From: Cenarchaeum sp.
Lineage (GTDB): Archaea; Thermoproteota; Nitrososphaeria; Nitrososphaerales; Nitrosopumilaceae
Assembly: GCA_965212015.1 (NCBI GenBank)
Contig: OZ243037.1
Location: forward strand, 1,312,001-1,376,000
DNA length: 64,000 nt
Direction: 5' to 3'
The notes under the pieces are model-generated. The model was not told the DNA's origin and made no database searches. It saw nothing but the letters and a program-made list of their open reading frames with translations. Positions 19,859 to 30,356 of this stretch are shown one piece after another. Made by a program: the position numbers and the translations under genes. Every line of letters begins with the position of its first letter. Within the stretch, counting starts at the first letter, position 1.

Positions 19859-20719
19859 TTATTTTCTGGCAGTGGAAATGAGCACCTCCCACGGAAAGGC
19901 AATCCTGCCGTCATAGCCCGTATACGGGACTGTATTCTGCCTGACCAGCCTGCGCAGGTTCCTTTTTTGATCCACGGACAGCTTGCCTATTTTTTCCCTG
20001 AGCGGGGATGCCATGTATCTCTGGTAACTGTCCCAATAGCTCCTGAATCCCCCCACACCGTGTACAAAGACAAACCTGTTTGTGCGTATTTTTGTAAATC
20101 CCGCCCTTTGCAACTCGCCTTCAAGGGCGGACTTTGTGCCAAACCTGTCCAGCTTGGGGCCCTCCGGATAGTCGGGGATGAACTTTGTCACCGCATCTGA
20201 GATGCAGGTGAAAAACGGCACGTTGCACCCGTGCACGGACACTGCAATGGTCCCGTCCTTTTTTAGAAAACGCCTTGCGTTGAGCAGCACCTTTTGCGAG
20301 TCGGCAAAGAAAAACAGCGCGTACTGGCAGGTAATGACGTCGAATTTCACGTCGAAATGGACGGTCTCTGCGTCTGCCAGCACAAAATCGACGCAGTCCT
20401 GCCGGACAAACTTTTTTGCAATCTTTAGCGCCTCGGCAGAGAAATCCAGCCCTATGACGCTTCCCTTTTTGCCGATTCTGGAGCGTATGTCTTTTGTAAC
20501 TGCGCCTGTACCGCATCCCAAATCCAGGACTGCATCGCCCCTCCTGATTCCTGCGCGGCTTGCCAGCTTTTTAGTGCACTTAAAGGGCCCCCTCTCCGTG
20601 CTTGCCCACCTCCTGTGGTATCTGGGGGCAAGCTCGTTCCATATCCTGATCGTCCTGTTCTTGTATGCGCTGTGATCAAATCTGTGCTGCGTCAAGCACG
20701 AAAAGACCCGGCGGCCCAT
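19859..20719 (-). CDS. Class I SAM-dependent methyltransferase
   Basis: VLDLGCGTG, GLDFS; start uncertain. Confidence 0.9.
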   Translation of the reverse strand: MGRRVFSCLTQHRFDHSAYKNRTIRIWNELAPRYHRRWASTERGPFKCTKKLASRAGIRRGDAVLDLGCGTGAVTKDIRSRIGKKGSVIGLDFSAEALKIAKKFVRQDCVDFVLADAETVHFDVKFDVITCQYALFFFADSQKVLLNARRFLKKDGTIAVSVHGCNVPFFTCISDAVTKFIPDYPEGPKLDRFGTKSALEGELQRAGFTKIRTNRFVFVHGVGGFRSYWDSYQRYMASPLREKIGKLSVDQKRNLRRLVRQNTVPYTGYDGRIAFPWEVLISTARK

Positions 20720-20922
20720 ATTTTATTGGTTGGGGGCAGCGGTAAATGGCGGCCCCGCACGATACCGGAAACCCCGGCAGGCAATGTGTGCGGGATTGGA
20801 CATGCAATCCGGGCATGCCTCTTGCAACCCGCCAAAGGCCCGCCGGTGCAATGCGGCAAGAACGCGCCTACGCGCCGGTGCACAGTCACAAACTTCATAT
20901 AATTTTCCAGACCAGCCGGATC

Positions 20923-21117
20923 ATGGCCTCTAGGGAGATATGTCTGGGAGTAGGAGTACCCATGATGGTGGTAGGCGGACTGATCGCACTGCTCTGGGCT
21001 CCCGCAGTGGAGGAGCTTGGCGGGACTGCAGAGTTTGTAGGCAGCCTGATTGGAATTCTGGGCGCGGTCTTTTTCATCTCTGGGCTGTTTTATGCAAAAC
21101 AACCGGTTTTGCACTGA
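20923..21117 (+). CDS. Small 2-TM hypothetical protein
   Basis: MASREICLG... hydrophobic hairpin; TATA-like CATATAA upstream. Confidence 0.7.
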   Translation: MASREICLGVGVPMMVVGGLIALLWAPAVEELGGTAEFVGSLIGILGAVFFISGLFYAKQPVLH

Positions 21118-21161
21118 TTCGGTGCCATTGAATAAATAATGACGGAAACCCAGCAGATTCG

Positions 21162-21875
21162 ATGAACGTAAGGCTGTTTGAGATATTCACATCCGTAGAG
21201 GGCGAGGGGATTCTCTACGGCACAAAGACCCTCTTTGTCAGGCTGGCAGGCTGCCCGTTCAAATGCTTTTACTGCGACACCCCCGATGCCCTCCCGCCTG
21301 ACTCCGGCGAGCAGTATACCGTTAAAGATGCGTGCAAAATGATAGAAAAAAAACTAGAGCCCAACACCTACAAGGTGAATTTTACCGGCGGTGATCCGCT
21401 GGTACAGTCAGACGCACTAGCAGAGATGGCAAGGTTTGTCCAGTCGAAAAAAATCCCGACCTATATCGAGTCGTCGTGCTATGACTCTGAAAAATTCGCC
21501 AGGGTGATACCGTTCATCGACTATGTCAAGATCGAGTTCAAGACAGAGGATTCCGAGTTTGTCGAGGCGGCACACTATCCGCGGCTTTTCCAAAACGCAA
21601 TCGAATGCCTGAAAACCTCGCTTGAGCAAAAAAAACACACGTACGTCAAAATAGTGGTCAGCTCAAGGACCGGCACGGACTCGTTTGGAAGGATGGTTGA
21701 CTCTATATTCCGGGTCGCATCCGGCAGGGACATTGCGGGGTTTGTCATACAGCCGACACACGGCATTGCAGAGCCCAGCTTGAAGCTTTTGCTCGGGTTG
21801 TATGATCTGGTCTGGCCTCTTTACAGGGAGGTGCGCATAGTCCCGCAGCTGCACAAAATAATCGGCGCCCCCTAA
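21162..21875 (+). CDS. queE: 7-carboxy-7-deazaguanine synthase (radical SAM)
   Basis: EIF.SVEGEG, C...C..CDT, PQLHK. Confidence 0.95.
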   Translation: MNVRLFEIFTSVEGEGILYGTKTLFVRLAGCPFKCFYCDTPDALPPDSGEQYTVKDACKMIEKKLEPNTYKVNFTGGDPLVQSDALAEMARFVQSKKIPTYIESSCYDSEKFARVIPFIDYVKIEFKTEDSEFVEAAHYPRLFQNAIECLKTSLEQKKHTYVKIVVSSRTGTDSFGRMVDSIFRVASGRDIAGFVIQPTHGIAEPSLKLLLGLYDLVWPLYREVRIVPQLHKIIGAP

Positions 21876-22164
21876 ACCCCGTACCGTGATTCCCCAGCTA
21901 AAGGAACAATCCGCATGACGCCATACAGTCCGCCGCCGGCAAAGCCCGATCCCAGGCTCTGCCGTGTTTTTTGCCGTCCGCAGAATCCGATCCGCCGTAC
22001 TGCCAGACGGCGCAGCAGACGGGAAAACAAAAAACAATCCGCGACGACTGCGCGATGCGCGGCCGCAAGCTCGCATCCCAACATTTGGCAATCTGCAAAA
22101 CAGATCGCGCAACCTGCCGGCCGCCGCTCCATACTTTCAAATACCGGCTAGACTATCCAAAGGC

Positions 22165-22719
22165 GTGAACCACGACAGGATAAAAAAGCTGGTCAGGGAG
22201 CTGATAATCGAGCTTGGCGAGGATCCCACGCGCGAGGGGCTCAAAAACACCCCGGAGCGGATTGCAAGCATGTACAAGGAGATCTTTGGCGGATACGATT
22301 CTGATTCTGAGCTGTCAGTCCAGTTCTCAGAGGACTCTGACGTGGTAATTGCCAGGGACATCCAGTTTTATTCCATGTGCGAGCACCACATGCTGCCGTT
22401 CTTTGGCAAGGTGCACATTGCGTATACCCCAAACGGCAAGGTCTTTGGCGTCTCCAAGCTAGTCAGGCTGGTTGAAAAATACGCAAAAAGGCTGCAAATC
22501 CAGGAGCGGCTTACAAAAAACATCGCCGACGAGCTGCACATGCAGGGGGTAAAGGGGGTCGCCGTGGTGGCGGAGGCAGAGCACCTGTGCATGAAGATGA
22601 GGGGGGTCAAAAACGACGCCAGGATGACTTCGAGCGCGTTTAGGGGGATATACCGGAGCAATCCCGAAAAAGCCAGCATTGTATCCATGATTCGGTGCCA
22701 GATGCCAGATTCTTCGTGA
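22165..22719 (+). CDS. folE: GTP cyclohydrolase I
   Basis: [32 protein letters not shown]; GTG 22165. Confidence 0.96.
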   Translation: MNHDRIKKLVRELIIELGEDPTREGLKNTPERIASMYKEIFGGYDSDSELSVQFSEDSDVVIARDIQFYSMCEHHMLPFFGKVHIAYTPNGKVFGVSKLVRLVEKYAKRLQIQERLTKNIADELHMQGVKGVAVVAEAEHLCMKMRGVKNDARMTSSAFRGIYRSNPEKASIVSMIRCQMPDSS

Positions 22720-22764
22720 CTGCATGCTGAAAAATTAAATAACGAATATTTTTGGACTATTCTT

Positions 22765-23106
22765 ATGGTACACAACAATGTCCACATTCCAAAGGAGTCG
22801 TGGCCCAACTGGACGTGGTACGCGCTGGAATTCGGACTTGTCCTTGCCATCTCTATGGTAATAGCATGGAAGATCTCCGATCACATACTGTACGACGTGG
22901 CCTCCGTCCTCGGACACGGCGCCGTCCTGGAATCATGGGCCGGCATATCTGTCCATTCGGCCGACTTTAAGGGACTTGATGACGCCATAGAGGGAAGCAT
23001 AGTCGCAATGTCAAACTGGATATTTTATGGCATAGTGGGCTCGGTCTTTGGCACATGGTATATAGTGATACGGGGATTTGTCCTCAAAAAGAAGATCTTC
23101 CGCTAG
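22765..23106 (+). CDS. Conserved 2-TM hypothetical protein
   Basis: Two TM helices; TTAAATA upstream. Confidence 0.7.
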   Translation: MVHNNVHIPKESWPNWTWYALEFGLVLAISMVIAWKISDHILYDVASVLGHGAVLESWAGISVHSADFKGLDDAIEGSIVAMSNWIFYGIVGSVFGTWYIVIRGFVLKKKIFR

Positions 23107-23780
23107 GATCTGGCGTATCTCGTCCTGTCCAGGATGCCTGCCTTTTTGAACGCGTTTTTCCTATTATTACACGACTCGCATTTTCCACAGTGGTACCTTT
23201 TGCCCTCGTAGCAGCTCCACGTCTTAAAGATGGAATCGCCCAATTTCCTGTATCCCGCCTTAACCAGATCGTCCTTTGAGAGCCCCTGCCTGTACGGGCT
23301 CCAGATCTCCAGCTTGTTTCTCACGCCTGTCCTTATGCCGTCTGCCTCCCCCTGGTTAAAGGCCGACTGTAGTTTTTTTGCAAAGCCCGGCCTGCAGTCG
23401 GGATAGCGCACATCACCTGTGTGTGCCCCGTATGCGACAAGGGACGCATCCATGGTGTACGCCCATGCAGATGCAATCGACAAAAACACGGCGTTGCGAA
23501 TCGGAACCACTATGGAATAGTCAAACTTTTCGGGAATGCTCCTCCTTGAATCAGTCAGTACGTTTGTCCCCCCGTAAAGATCCCTCATAAAGCCAATGTC
23601 CACTATCCTGTGCTCCCTTAGGCCCACCATATCTGAGAACATTTTTGCCCTGTTGATCTCCTGGCCTGCGCGCTGCCCGTACGAAAACGAGATGCCGTAC
23701 AGCTGGTATCCGGGCCTCAAGAGCACGCACGAGCACACAGAGTCAATCCCGCCGCTGAACACGACTACTGCCTTTTTCAT
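23103..23780 (-). CDS. queC: 7-cyano-7-deazaguanine synthase
   Basis: SGGIDS, YGQR, VP.RN, YPDC, TWSCY, CGKCESC; ATG 23780 overlaps the thrB stop. Confidence 0.96.
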   Translation of the reverse strand: MKKAVVVFSGGIDSVCSCVLLRPGYQLYGISFSYGQRAGQEINRAKMFSDMVGLREHRIVDIGFMRDLYGGTNVLTDSRRSIPEKFDYSIVVPIRNAVFLSIASAWAYTMDASLVAYGAHTGDVRYPDCRPGFAKKLQSAFNQGEADGIRTGVRNKLEIWSPYRQGLSKDDLVKAGYRKLGDSIFKTWSCYEGKRYHCGKCESCNNRKNAFKKAGILDRTRYARS

Positions 23781-24706
23781 GGAATCCCCCCGATCACAGA
23801 TGCGCCCCTGCTTGGCCTGCAGACGACCGTCCTGCATTTCGTGCCAGCCGAGCCGAATCCCTCCTCCATCGACCCTGCAATCTTTTTCAGGTCCGATGAT
23901 TTGCTGGCAAAGGCGATTACCGACGGTCCCGCACCGCTGATGGTGACTCCCAGCGCGCCTGCATCCAGCGCGCCGGATTTTATCCTGGAAAATCCGGGAA
24001 TCATGCGCAGCCTTGCCGGCTCTACTATCGCGTCTCTGACTGAGCTGCCTATGAGCAGCGTGTCCTTTTTTGCAAAGCCCGCCACCATGGATGCCGCGCT
24101 TGAAATATTCTTGACGCAGCATTCCAGCCCGACTTTTTTTGGAATCACGCCCCTTGAAATCTCTGTCTTTCTTGCCGGGGTCTTTATACTGGGAATTGCC
24201 ACGCACAGGGCGAGATCACGCGGGGGACTGATGCCTATGACGTCAAGCGGATCGTCTCTCACTATGACAAAGCCGCCAAGCACGGAGGCTGCCACATTGT
24301 CGTAATGGACCGCACCTGCGCTTGCCTTTTCCCCCATGCCTGCAAAACGCACAAGCTCGTTTGAATCAAGCCCCAGGCCAAAGAGTCCGTCAAAGGCCAC
24401 CGCTGCCGCCGCCGCCGAGGCCGCGCTGCTGCCCATGCCGAATCCCGTCGGAACCCCCTTTTTGATCCGTATCTCCAGGCCGCCCCCTGTCTTGAAATTT
24501 TCGGACATTTTTTTTACCACGATTCCGGCGGTATTTTTTAGCGGATCGACTGGGATCTCGCCGGACGTTTTTATGGTGATTCCCCCCTTGGTCCTGCTCA
24601 GCACGACCTCGTCGAAAAAGGCGTCAAGGGCCAGCCCGAACACGTCAAAGCCCGGGCCCAGATTCGCAGTCGATGACGGGGCCCTCGCCCCGACACTGTC
24701 TGCCAT
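23777..24706 (-). CDS. thrB: Homoserine kinase
   Basis: ANLGPGFD, P.G.GMGSSAAS, HYDNV, SGAGP. Confidence 0.96.
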   Translation of the reverse strand: MADSVGARAPSSTANLGPGFDVFGLALDAFFDEVVLSRTKGGITIKTSGEIPVDPLKNTAGIVVKKMSENFKTGGGLEIRIKKGVPTGFGMGSSAASAAAAAVAFDGLFGLGLDSNELVRFAGMGEKASAGAVHYDNVAASVLGGFVIVRDDPLDVIGISPPRDLALCVAIPSIKTPARKTEISRGVIPKKVGLECCVKNISSAASMVAGFAKKDTLLIGSSVRDAIVEPARLRMIPGFSRIKSGALDAGALGVTISGAGPSVIAFASKSSDLKKIAGSMEEGFGSAGTKCRTVVCRPSRGASVIGGIP

Positions 24707-25459
24707 CTAGGTCTCCTCCCCGAGATTCATAATCCTGCTCAGCGTGCCTTGCAGGCCGGCCATTCCGTCGCCTGTCGCGCTAGACACGGGAATCAGTCCC
24801 CCCGCATGGTCGCCAAAATCCAGGCCGCGCATGATGCTTGCAGTCAGCGAAAAAACGTCCCCGTCTGCCTCCCTTGAAATTGCGTCCTCCATGTACTGCG
24901 GATCCGTAGACCACCGGAGGATCTCGGCGAGCTTGTCTGCCACCAGATCCGTCTTGGTCAGCACGTTTACGGCCGGCACCCCGAGCCGAAGCCTGATTGA
25001 CGCGGCAAGAAGCGACACCGATGCAAAGTTTACCGGAGAATCTACCAGCGTTCCGTCAAAAACAAAGACGGCCATCTTTTCCTCGCATGTCAGGTTCTGT
25101 ACTAAAAACGGGCCGCTGGACCTGTGTGCAAACAGCTCCACCTGCCCGGGGGTATCGACTAGGAGATAGTCCGGGTTTACGCGCTCCACCTGGGTTTTAA
25201 TGTCGTCGATTTTTGCCGCAATCAGATCGCTTGCCATGACTAGCGCGCCGTTGGGGCCAAGCCCGTACTGCCTCATTATGGAGACGATATCTATGTGATC
25301 CCGCACGTCCACATCGCAGGCATACGGGAGCTCCTCGACGCCGGGATCCAGGTTCAATATGGCGCAAAACTCGTCGTTTTTTGCATAATACTCGTTTATC
25401 TTGGATGTTAGAAGGGATTTTCCCGCCCCCGCAGTGCCTGTAATAAAAATTGACTTCAA
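24707..25459 (-). CDS. GPN-loop GTPase
   Basis: GTAGAGKS, NLDP, LGPNG, DTPGQ.E. Confidence 0.95.
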   Translation of the reverse strand: MKSIFITGTAGAGKSLLTSKINEYYAKNDEFCAILNLDPGVEELPYACDVDVRDHIDIVSIMRQYGLGPNGALVMASDLIAAKIDDIKTQVERVNPDYLLVDTPGQVELFAHRSSGPFLVQNLTCEEKMAVFVFDGTLVDSPVNFASVSLLAASIRLRLGVPAVNVLTKTDLVADKLAEILRWSTDPQYMEDAISREADGDVFSLTASIMRGLDFGDHAGGLIPVSSATGDGMAGLQGTLSRIMNLGEET

Positions 25460-25515
25460 TCTTTCGCCATATTGGCTATCATTCGCTTATATTTGAATCC
25501 ATAAAAAACCACACA

Positions 25516-26544
25516 ATGAACTGGCGACTGGTTGCTGTCCCGATAAGCATGATTCCGATCGCCATCATAATAGTCCAGTTTGACATCAAGCTGGAGGACA
25601 TTTTTGCAGTAGGCGCAGTCCCGTTTGGCGCCGCAGTTGCAGCAATGATGGCCAAGCTCGGCCTCCAGGGAATAAAATTCACCTATATTGCCAGGCACTA
25701 TCTTGGCCCGATAGACTCTGTATGGAAGATGTCCGGCGTCCGTATTGGCAGCGAGTTCATAAAGTTCACCACGCCGATGTTCGTCGGCGCCGAGTTCGTG
25801 GTGATATACTGGATGCACAAAAAGGGGGTCCCCACGCCAAAGGCCATGTGGGTCGCCATACTGGATATCGTAACTGAGGTGTTTGCCGCCGGAATATTCT
25901 CGATCACGGCGGGAATCGTCGCGCTGCTAAGCGGGGCATACGTGGTTGCCACGGTGATTCTTGGAACCGGCGTATCGATAACGCTTCTCTGGCTTGTCTT
26001 GTTCTTCCTCTCCTCCAAGCGCACCTTCCAGGTTCCGGGACTCATCGCGGGACTCGCCGTCAGGCTCGGCAAGGACAAGGGACGAAAGTACATTGATCAG
26101 ACCAACACGTGGATGTACGAGGTCTGCATGATGAGCAGAAAAAACATCAGGACAAAAGAGTCCAAAAAAATCTTTACCGGCGGCCTGGCGCTGTCGCTTG
26201 CGTCGTGGTTCTTTTACGGCGTGTCGTTTATGATAGTTGCATCCGGGGTGGGATATTCCATCGGCGTGTTTGACTCGGTGATGGCAGTCATGGGCGCAAA
26301 CGCAATAGGCAACCTGCCCATCACCGTCGGCGGCTCCGGCCTGGCGGAGTTTGGCATAATTGCATACCTCAACGACCTTGATCCGTTCAACTTTGCAATG
26401 CCTGAAAAGTCGCTAGAGTGGAACGCCGTAATTGCGTGGCGCATTGCCACCTATTACGTGCCGATCGCCATAACGTGGATACTTTTGGTAAGGCTTGCAC
26501 TTAGCAGATACGCCGAAAAGATAGACAACGGGCCATCAAAATAG
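25516..26544 (+). CDS. Lysylphosphatidylglycerol-synthase TM / flippase-like membrane protein
   Basis: TP..VG.E, P.T.GGSG.AE, WR..TYY. Confidence 0.85.
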   Translation: MNWRLVAVPISMIPIAIIIVQFDIKLEDIFAVGAVPFGAAVAAMMAKLGLQGIKFTYIARHYLGPIDSVWKMSGVRIGSEFIKFTTPMFVGAEFVVIYWMHKKGVPTPKAMWVAILDIVTEVFAAGIFSITAGIVALLSGAYVVATVILGTGVSITLLWLVLFFLSSKRTFQVPGLIAGLAVRLGKDKGRKYIDQTNTWMYEVCMMSRKNIRTKESKKIFTGGLALSLASWFFYGVSFMIVASGVGYSIGVFDSVMAVMGANAIGNLPITVGGSGLAEFGIIAYLNDLDPFNFAMPEKSLEWNAVIAWRIATYYVPIAITWILLVRLALSRYAEKIDNGPSK

Positions 26545-26904
26545 TCACTTGATGGGCACCAGGCCTCTTAGCTCGAACTTGGATACGGCATCCATGTCCA
26601 TGCCCTTTTCCTTTTGCAGAAACTCTGCCACTTTTTTTTCCAGCGGCGCCCTAAAGCAGTCCGGCGCAAGCTCGTATACCGCCCCCTTCTCCAGCGCACT
26701 GTCCTTTATGCATCCCGACAGATCCACCGTGACTATGTGGCGCCCGTCCTCCACCGGCTTGTTCAGCTGTACGTCAATCCTGTCGTCCGGGTCATAGACC
26801 TCTAAAATGTGTCCCGTCCCTTTCCACGGTCTGGGCTTTCCGAATTTTGCGCTGCGAATCCCGTCGATGACCCACTGTGGAATGTCCTCCTTTTTACTGG
26901 CCAT
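26545..26904 (-). CDS. Hypothetical protein
   Basis: Coherent ORF in tandem with the upstream zinc-finger gene. Confidence 0.7.
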   Translation of the reverse strand: MASKKEDIPQWVIDGIRSAKFGKPRPWKGTGHILEVYDPDDRIDVQLNKPVEDGRHIVTVDLSGCIKDSALEKGAVYELAPDCFRAPLEKKVAEFLQKEKGMDMDAVSKFELRGLVPIK

Positions 26905-26913
26905 GCAGGCTCT

Positions 26914-27222
26914 CTAGACTTCCTGCTTTTCCTTTTTGCTTTTCTGCCACCATTCCTGATAGTCGTACTGTTTGTCCTCCTTTGTGTACTCCCTCTGGTT
27001 GAGCCTGGCCCTGATGTCGCTGATTTGCTCCCTCGTGGCGTACAGGCCGCATTTCTTGCAGATAAAGTGCTTTGTTCGCGGATCCATCTTCATTGGGATT
27101 TCCACATCTTCGAACAGCTTGAAGAGATCGTCCCTGTTCCTGTCCTCCTCGGCAGTCTCTGACTCGTATTTCTCCTGGATCTTTTTTTTGGCTCTTGCCA
27201 TGCATTCGGGACAGTTGGGCAA
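26914..27222 (-). CDS. Small zinc-ribbon hypothetical protein
   Basis: CPEC and CKKC pairs. Confidence 0.75.
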   Translation of the reverse strand: MPNCPECMARAKKKIQEKYESETAEEDRNRDDLFKLFEDVEIPMKMDPRTKHFICKKCGLYATREQISDIRARLNQREYTKEDKQYDYQEWWQKSKKEKQEV

Positions 27223-27367
27223 CGCAGACAGTGCCTAATTTTTTCCATAAAAGCGTTCCCTTGCCGGCCAAGCGATCTGATACGCGGATTATGTCTTCAT
27301 CCCTTTCGGTCAGTTCGCCCATCGAAACACCGCGTATCAGACACAAAACCCGCCTCCCCGATCGCTA

Positions 27368-28603
27368 TTATCTCTTGTTTTCAAGAATCTCCTCTGCCAT
27401 TCTGGCTGCGTTTTTTGCGCCCTCCCCGTTAAAGTTCGCCGAAAAATCCCTCAATCCGTCCTCGAAGATGTCACGGTGCTCCCTTATCTTGCGTATTGCA
27501 GAGAGCACCTGTTTTGTGTTGTTTGCCAGTACCCCAAGATGCCTCTCCTGGGCCCACCTGATCTGGTTGGTGTGCTCGTCGTAAACCGGCATTCCGATTA
27601 TGGGCTTTGATTTTGCGCCCATTATCTCGCCCATGACCGTGTGCGATCCGTTTACCACCGCATAGCTGCACCGATCCAGGACACAGTCCTTGTCCTGCTC
27701 TGAGAGGAACCCCGCGTCTATCTGTATCCAGTCGATTCCCCTTTCTGCGGCCTCGGCGATGCCGTATCTCCTGCCGTCCGTGCCGGTCACAGAATCAATC
27801 GATGGGTCGTCCCTTGCATGGGAGACGATCCTCCTTTCACGCCTCATCTCGTCGGCTGCAAAGACCCGCTCGTACCTCCGTCCGGTCCCGTCGTTAGTCG
27901 ACTTGTTTCCCGTGCGCATCCAGTATCCAAACTCCGCCTTGCCGATTAATTTTTCAAGGTGCGACCTGCCGCTCTTTGCGATTTTTTTATCGTCCGTAAA
28001 ATGACCCACGTAAAAGACCTTTTTCATTATCTTTTCTGGAAAGTTGAGGTTGTACTGGCACATTGTATGCGGCGGCTCAGAGTCGGCCACGAGAATCCTC
28101 GAGGCCTTGGCTATCTGCCTTGCGACAAACACCATGGGGAGGTAAAGATAGGATCTGGATCTCCACAGCCTTGGCATGAACTGGTTTGTTATGAACATGC
28201 TGGGGATGCGCCTGTTGCGTGCAAGGACGTTGGATCCCATGTCGCCGTCGTTTATCACCAGATCAAACCTCTCCTTGTCGTACAGCCTCCTCTCCTCCCT
28301 TAGGTACCTTGAAACCTGTACTACCAGCGGGGGGTTCTCCGAGACTGGCAGCAGCACGTTGAGCATGGAGCGCGAGATGCTCGGGCCCAGCCTGCCGTCG
28401 ACTGGCGTCGGCATCAGGATCTCGTGTATGTTTGGCCCGTCTTTTGGAAACCTCTTGATTAGATCCTCGTAGACTGGCGACTTGGTTGAAATGTGAAACT
28501 CTGCTGCGTCGCCAAGGCTTGCCCTTAGAATGCGGTTCAGCCTCATCATCCTGGAATAGTGCCCGTTTCCCCAGGGATAGATGAACTCGCCGATCTTTAC
28601 CAT
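27368..28603 (-). CDS. GT-B glycosyltransferase (GT28 C-like)
   Basis: G.GHYSR, DLVI.D, GSH...GE, KP.I..P...E. Confidence 0.85.
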   Translation of the reverse strand: MVKIGEFIYPWGNGHYSRMMRLNRILRASLGDAAEFHISTKSPVYEDLIKRFPKDGPNIHEILMPTPVDGRLGPSISRSMLNVLLPVSENPPLVVQVSRYLREERRLYDKERFDLVINDGDMGSNVLARNRRIPSMFITNQFMPRLWRSRSYLYLPMVFVARQIAKASRILVADSEPPHTMCQYNLNFPEKIMKKVFYVGHFTDDKKIAKSGRSHLEKLIGKAEFGYWMRTGNKSTNDGTGRRYERVFAADEMRRERRIVSHARDDPSIDSVTGTDGRRYGIAEAAERGIDWIQIDAGFLSEQDKDCVLDRCSYAVVNGSHTVMGEIMGAKSKPIIGMPVYDEHTNQIRWAQERHLGVLANNTKQVLSAIRKIREHRDIFEDGLRDFSANFNGEGAKNAARMAEEILENKR

Positions 28604-28605
28604 GC

Positions 28606-29703
28606 CTACTTACCGGCCAGCTTGTCTAAAATGTCGTGTACGTTGTTTGGCCCAATCTCCACCGTGATGGTTTTCGAGTCAACAGATGCGGTGCCGGCCG
28701 GTTTTTGGGGTCCTGCGGCGCCAATCCCGTGCAGTCCCTTGGGCATGAATTTTTCAAGGCCCACCTCCCTTGCATTGGTGTAAATCTCTTCTTCCAGCGC
28801 GCCAAGGGGAGTGTATGCGGTGATTTTATGCCTGACAAAATCCCAGATAAACCGTTCAATCAGCCTTGCAGAAAAAATCACCGGCGAGACGGGCAGCGAG
28901 ACGCGGCTGATCTTTTTTTCCTTTGCCACCTTTTGCATTATCCCAAAAACGGCGCCAAGGTATGCAAGATGGCCCGCCCCGCCCGGACTGACCCTGAAAA
29001 ACCCCAGCTCTACGCTTTTTCTGGCCAGCCTTGGAATTATCCTGTTGATCATCTTTGCCAAATCCAAAAGCTGGGAGCGTTTTTTATAGCACACTATAAT
29101 CTCCACGTCAAAGCCCTGCTTGATTGTCTCCATGCACGAGACTGCCGAGAGCCCGTCAAAAACGCAGCAAAGCATGCTTTCCCCGTGGATCCCGCACGGG
29201 ACTCCCCCCAGTCCCCTGTCTGAAAAAATGCACACATATGCGTGGGATCTGGTCAGAAACGTGTACAGCAGCTTGTTGTGATTGTCCTTTGTACCCGGCT
29301 GCACGCCGGTCTTTGAGGACTGTTCAATGATAGACGAGGTTGCGGCCATCTCTAGATCACCGGGAACAAACCCCCTTGAATCCCCCTCTACCTTGACATA
29401 AAAGACGTCGCCGCCTAGCAGCAGCCGCATACCTATTTTTGAAATCTCTGATTCTATGACCCCGAACCTGTTCTCCGTCCGTCTGGCTATGGCGACTTTT
29501 TTTATCCCGAAAAGCAGTCTGATCGCCGAGGAGGCAAAGACGGGATCATCTGCGTCCACGACTATCACCGGCCCGTCCCTCCTGACGGATTTGTATTGCT
29601 GGTTCCTGATCTTCAGTATCCTCCTGATATTCTTGATTAGCAGTGCGGGTCTTTTTTGGGCAAAGGCGGAGGGAAATACGACCACGCAAGAGTTTTCTGT
29701 CAT
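28606..29703 (-). CDS. THUMP/ThiI-like protein with a degenerate PP-loop
   Basis: L..NI, LFGI..VA, GLGGVP; SGG.DS replaced by FDGLS. Confidence 0.75.
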   Translation of the reverse strand: MTENSCVVVFPSAFAQKRPALLIKNIRRILKIRNQQYKSVRRDGPVIVVDADDPVFASSAIRLLFGIKKVAIARRTENRFGVIESEISKIGMRLLLGGDVFYVKVEGDSRGFVPGDLEMAATSSIIEQSSKTGVQPGTKDNHNKLLYTFLTRSHAYVCIFSDRGLGGVPCGIHGESMLCCVFDGLSAVSCMETIKQGFDVEIIVCYKKRSQLLDLAKMINRIIPRLARKSVELGFFRVSPGGAGHLAYLGAVFGIMQKVAKEKKISRVSLPVSPVIFSARLIERFIWDFVRHKITAYTPLGALEEEIYTNAREVGLEKFMPKGLHGIGAAGPQKPAGTASVDSKTITVEIGPNNVHDILDKLAGK

Positions 29704-29890
29704 TTTCCATACGTGTTTGGGCGTGCTGGGAATAATACTGTATGTCTGGAGGTGCGTGTGGGGTTTGTGGCGTAAAGTACGGGATTTGAACAAGGCGGCA
29801 AGCCCCCATTTTTTCGTGACCTGGCAATCCTCTCAAATCCCGTGTTTCTCACGACTAACAGACAGGCCTGTCTGTACGACAATTCGCAGC

Positions 29891-30325
29891 CTAGACTGCC
29901 GCTATGAACACAGATACGGATCCCCCGGTGTCTCCGTTGGGATCTATCGCAATGTCCAGGAACTGCCCCTCTCCCACCGTGAACTCTTTTTGTCCCAGAT
30001 AGTCCCACGTAAAATACTCCGAGATCGGAGACTTGTGCGAGGTCCCCTCCAGCTCGAACTCTTCAAAAAACGAGAACGCCTCCCCGCTTACCCGTATGGA
30101 CAGCGCCTGCGGGCTGGATCCGCTTGGAACAAACCTGAACTTGTAATCGCCGGCGGCAAGCCAGAACTCCTCGGAGTATCTGCCGTTCTCATAGATTTCC
30201 GGATCCGCCAGTAGCACATGATAGGCAAAGTCCGTGCCGTCTGACACGTCTGATACCACGACCCTTAGGATCAGAACCGCCACTATGGCAATGCCGACTA
30301 GGACGCCTGCCGCCACCACTCTCAT
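29891..30325 (-). CDS. Membrane-anchored hypothetical protein
   Basis: N-terminal TM; TATA-like TTTAAC ~25 nt upstream of ATG 30325. Confidence 0.7.
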   Translation of the reverse strand: MRVVAAGVLVGIAIVAVLILRVVVSDVSDGTDFAYHVLLADPEIYENGRYSEEFWLAAGDYKFRFVPSGSSPQALSIRVSGEAFSFFEEFELEGTSHKSPISEYFTWDYLGQKEFTVGEGQFLDIAIDPNGDTGGSVSVFIAAV

Positions 30326-30356
30326 GCCGTTTACAATCATTCCGGAGTTAAATCAG

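Noticed and set aside
21162-23780. Dpd-type 7-deazaguanine DNA modification system
   Set aside because: queE/folE/queC sit among housekeeping genes with no dpdA; archaeosine precursor synthesis explains them
23781-24206. Long N-terminal extension of QueC in the ORF track
   Set aside because: It overlaps thrB out of frame; the real start is ATG 23780
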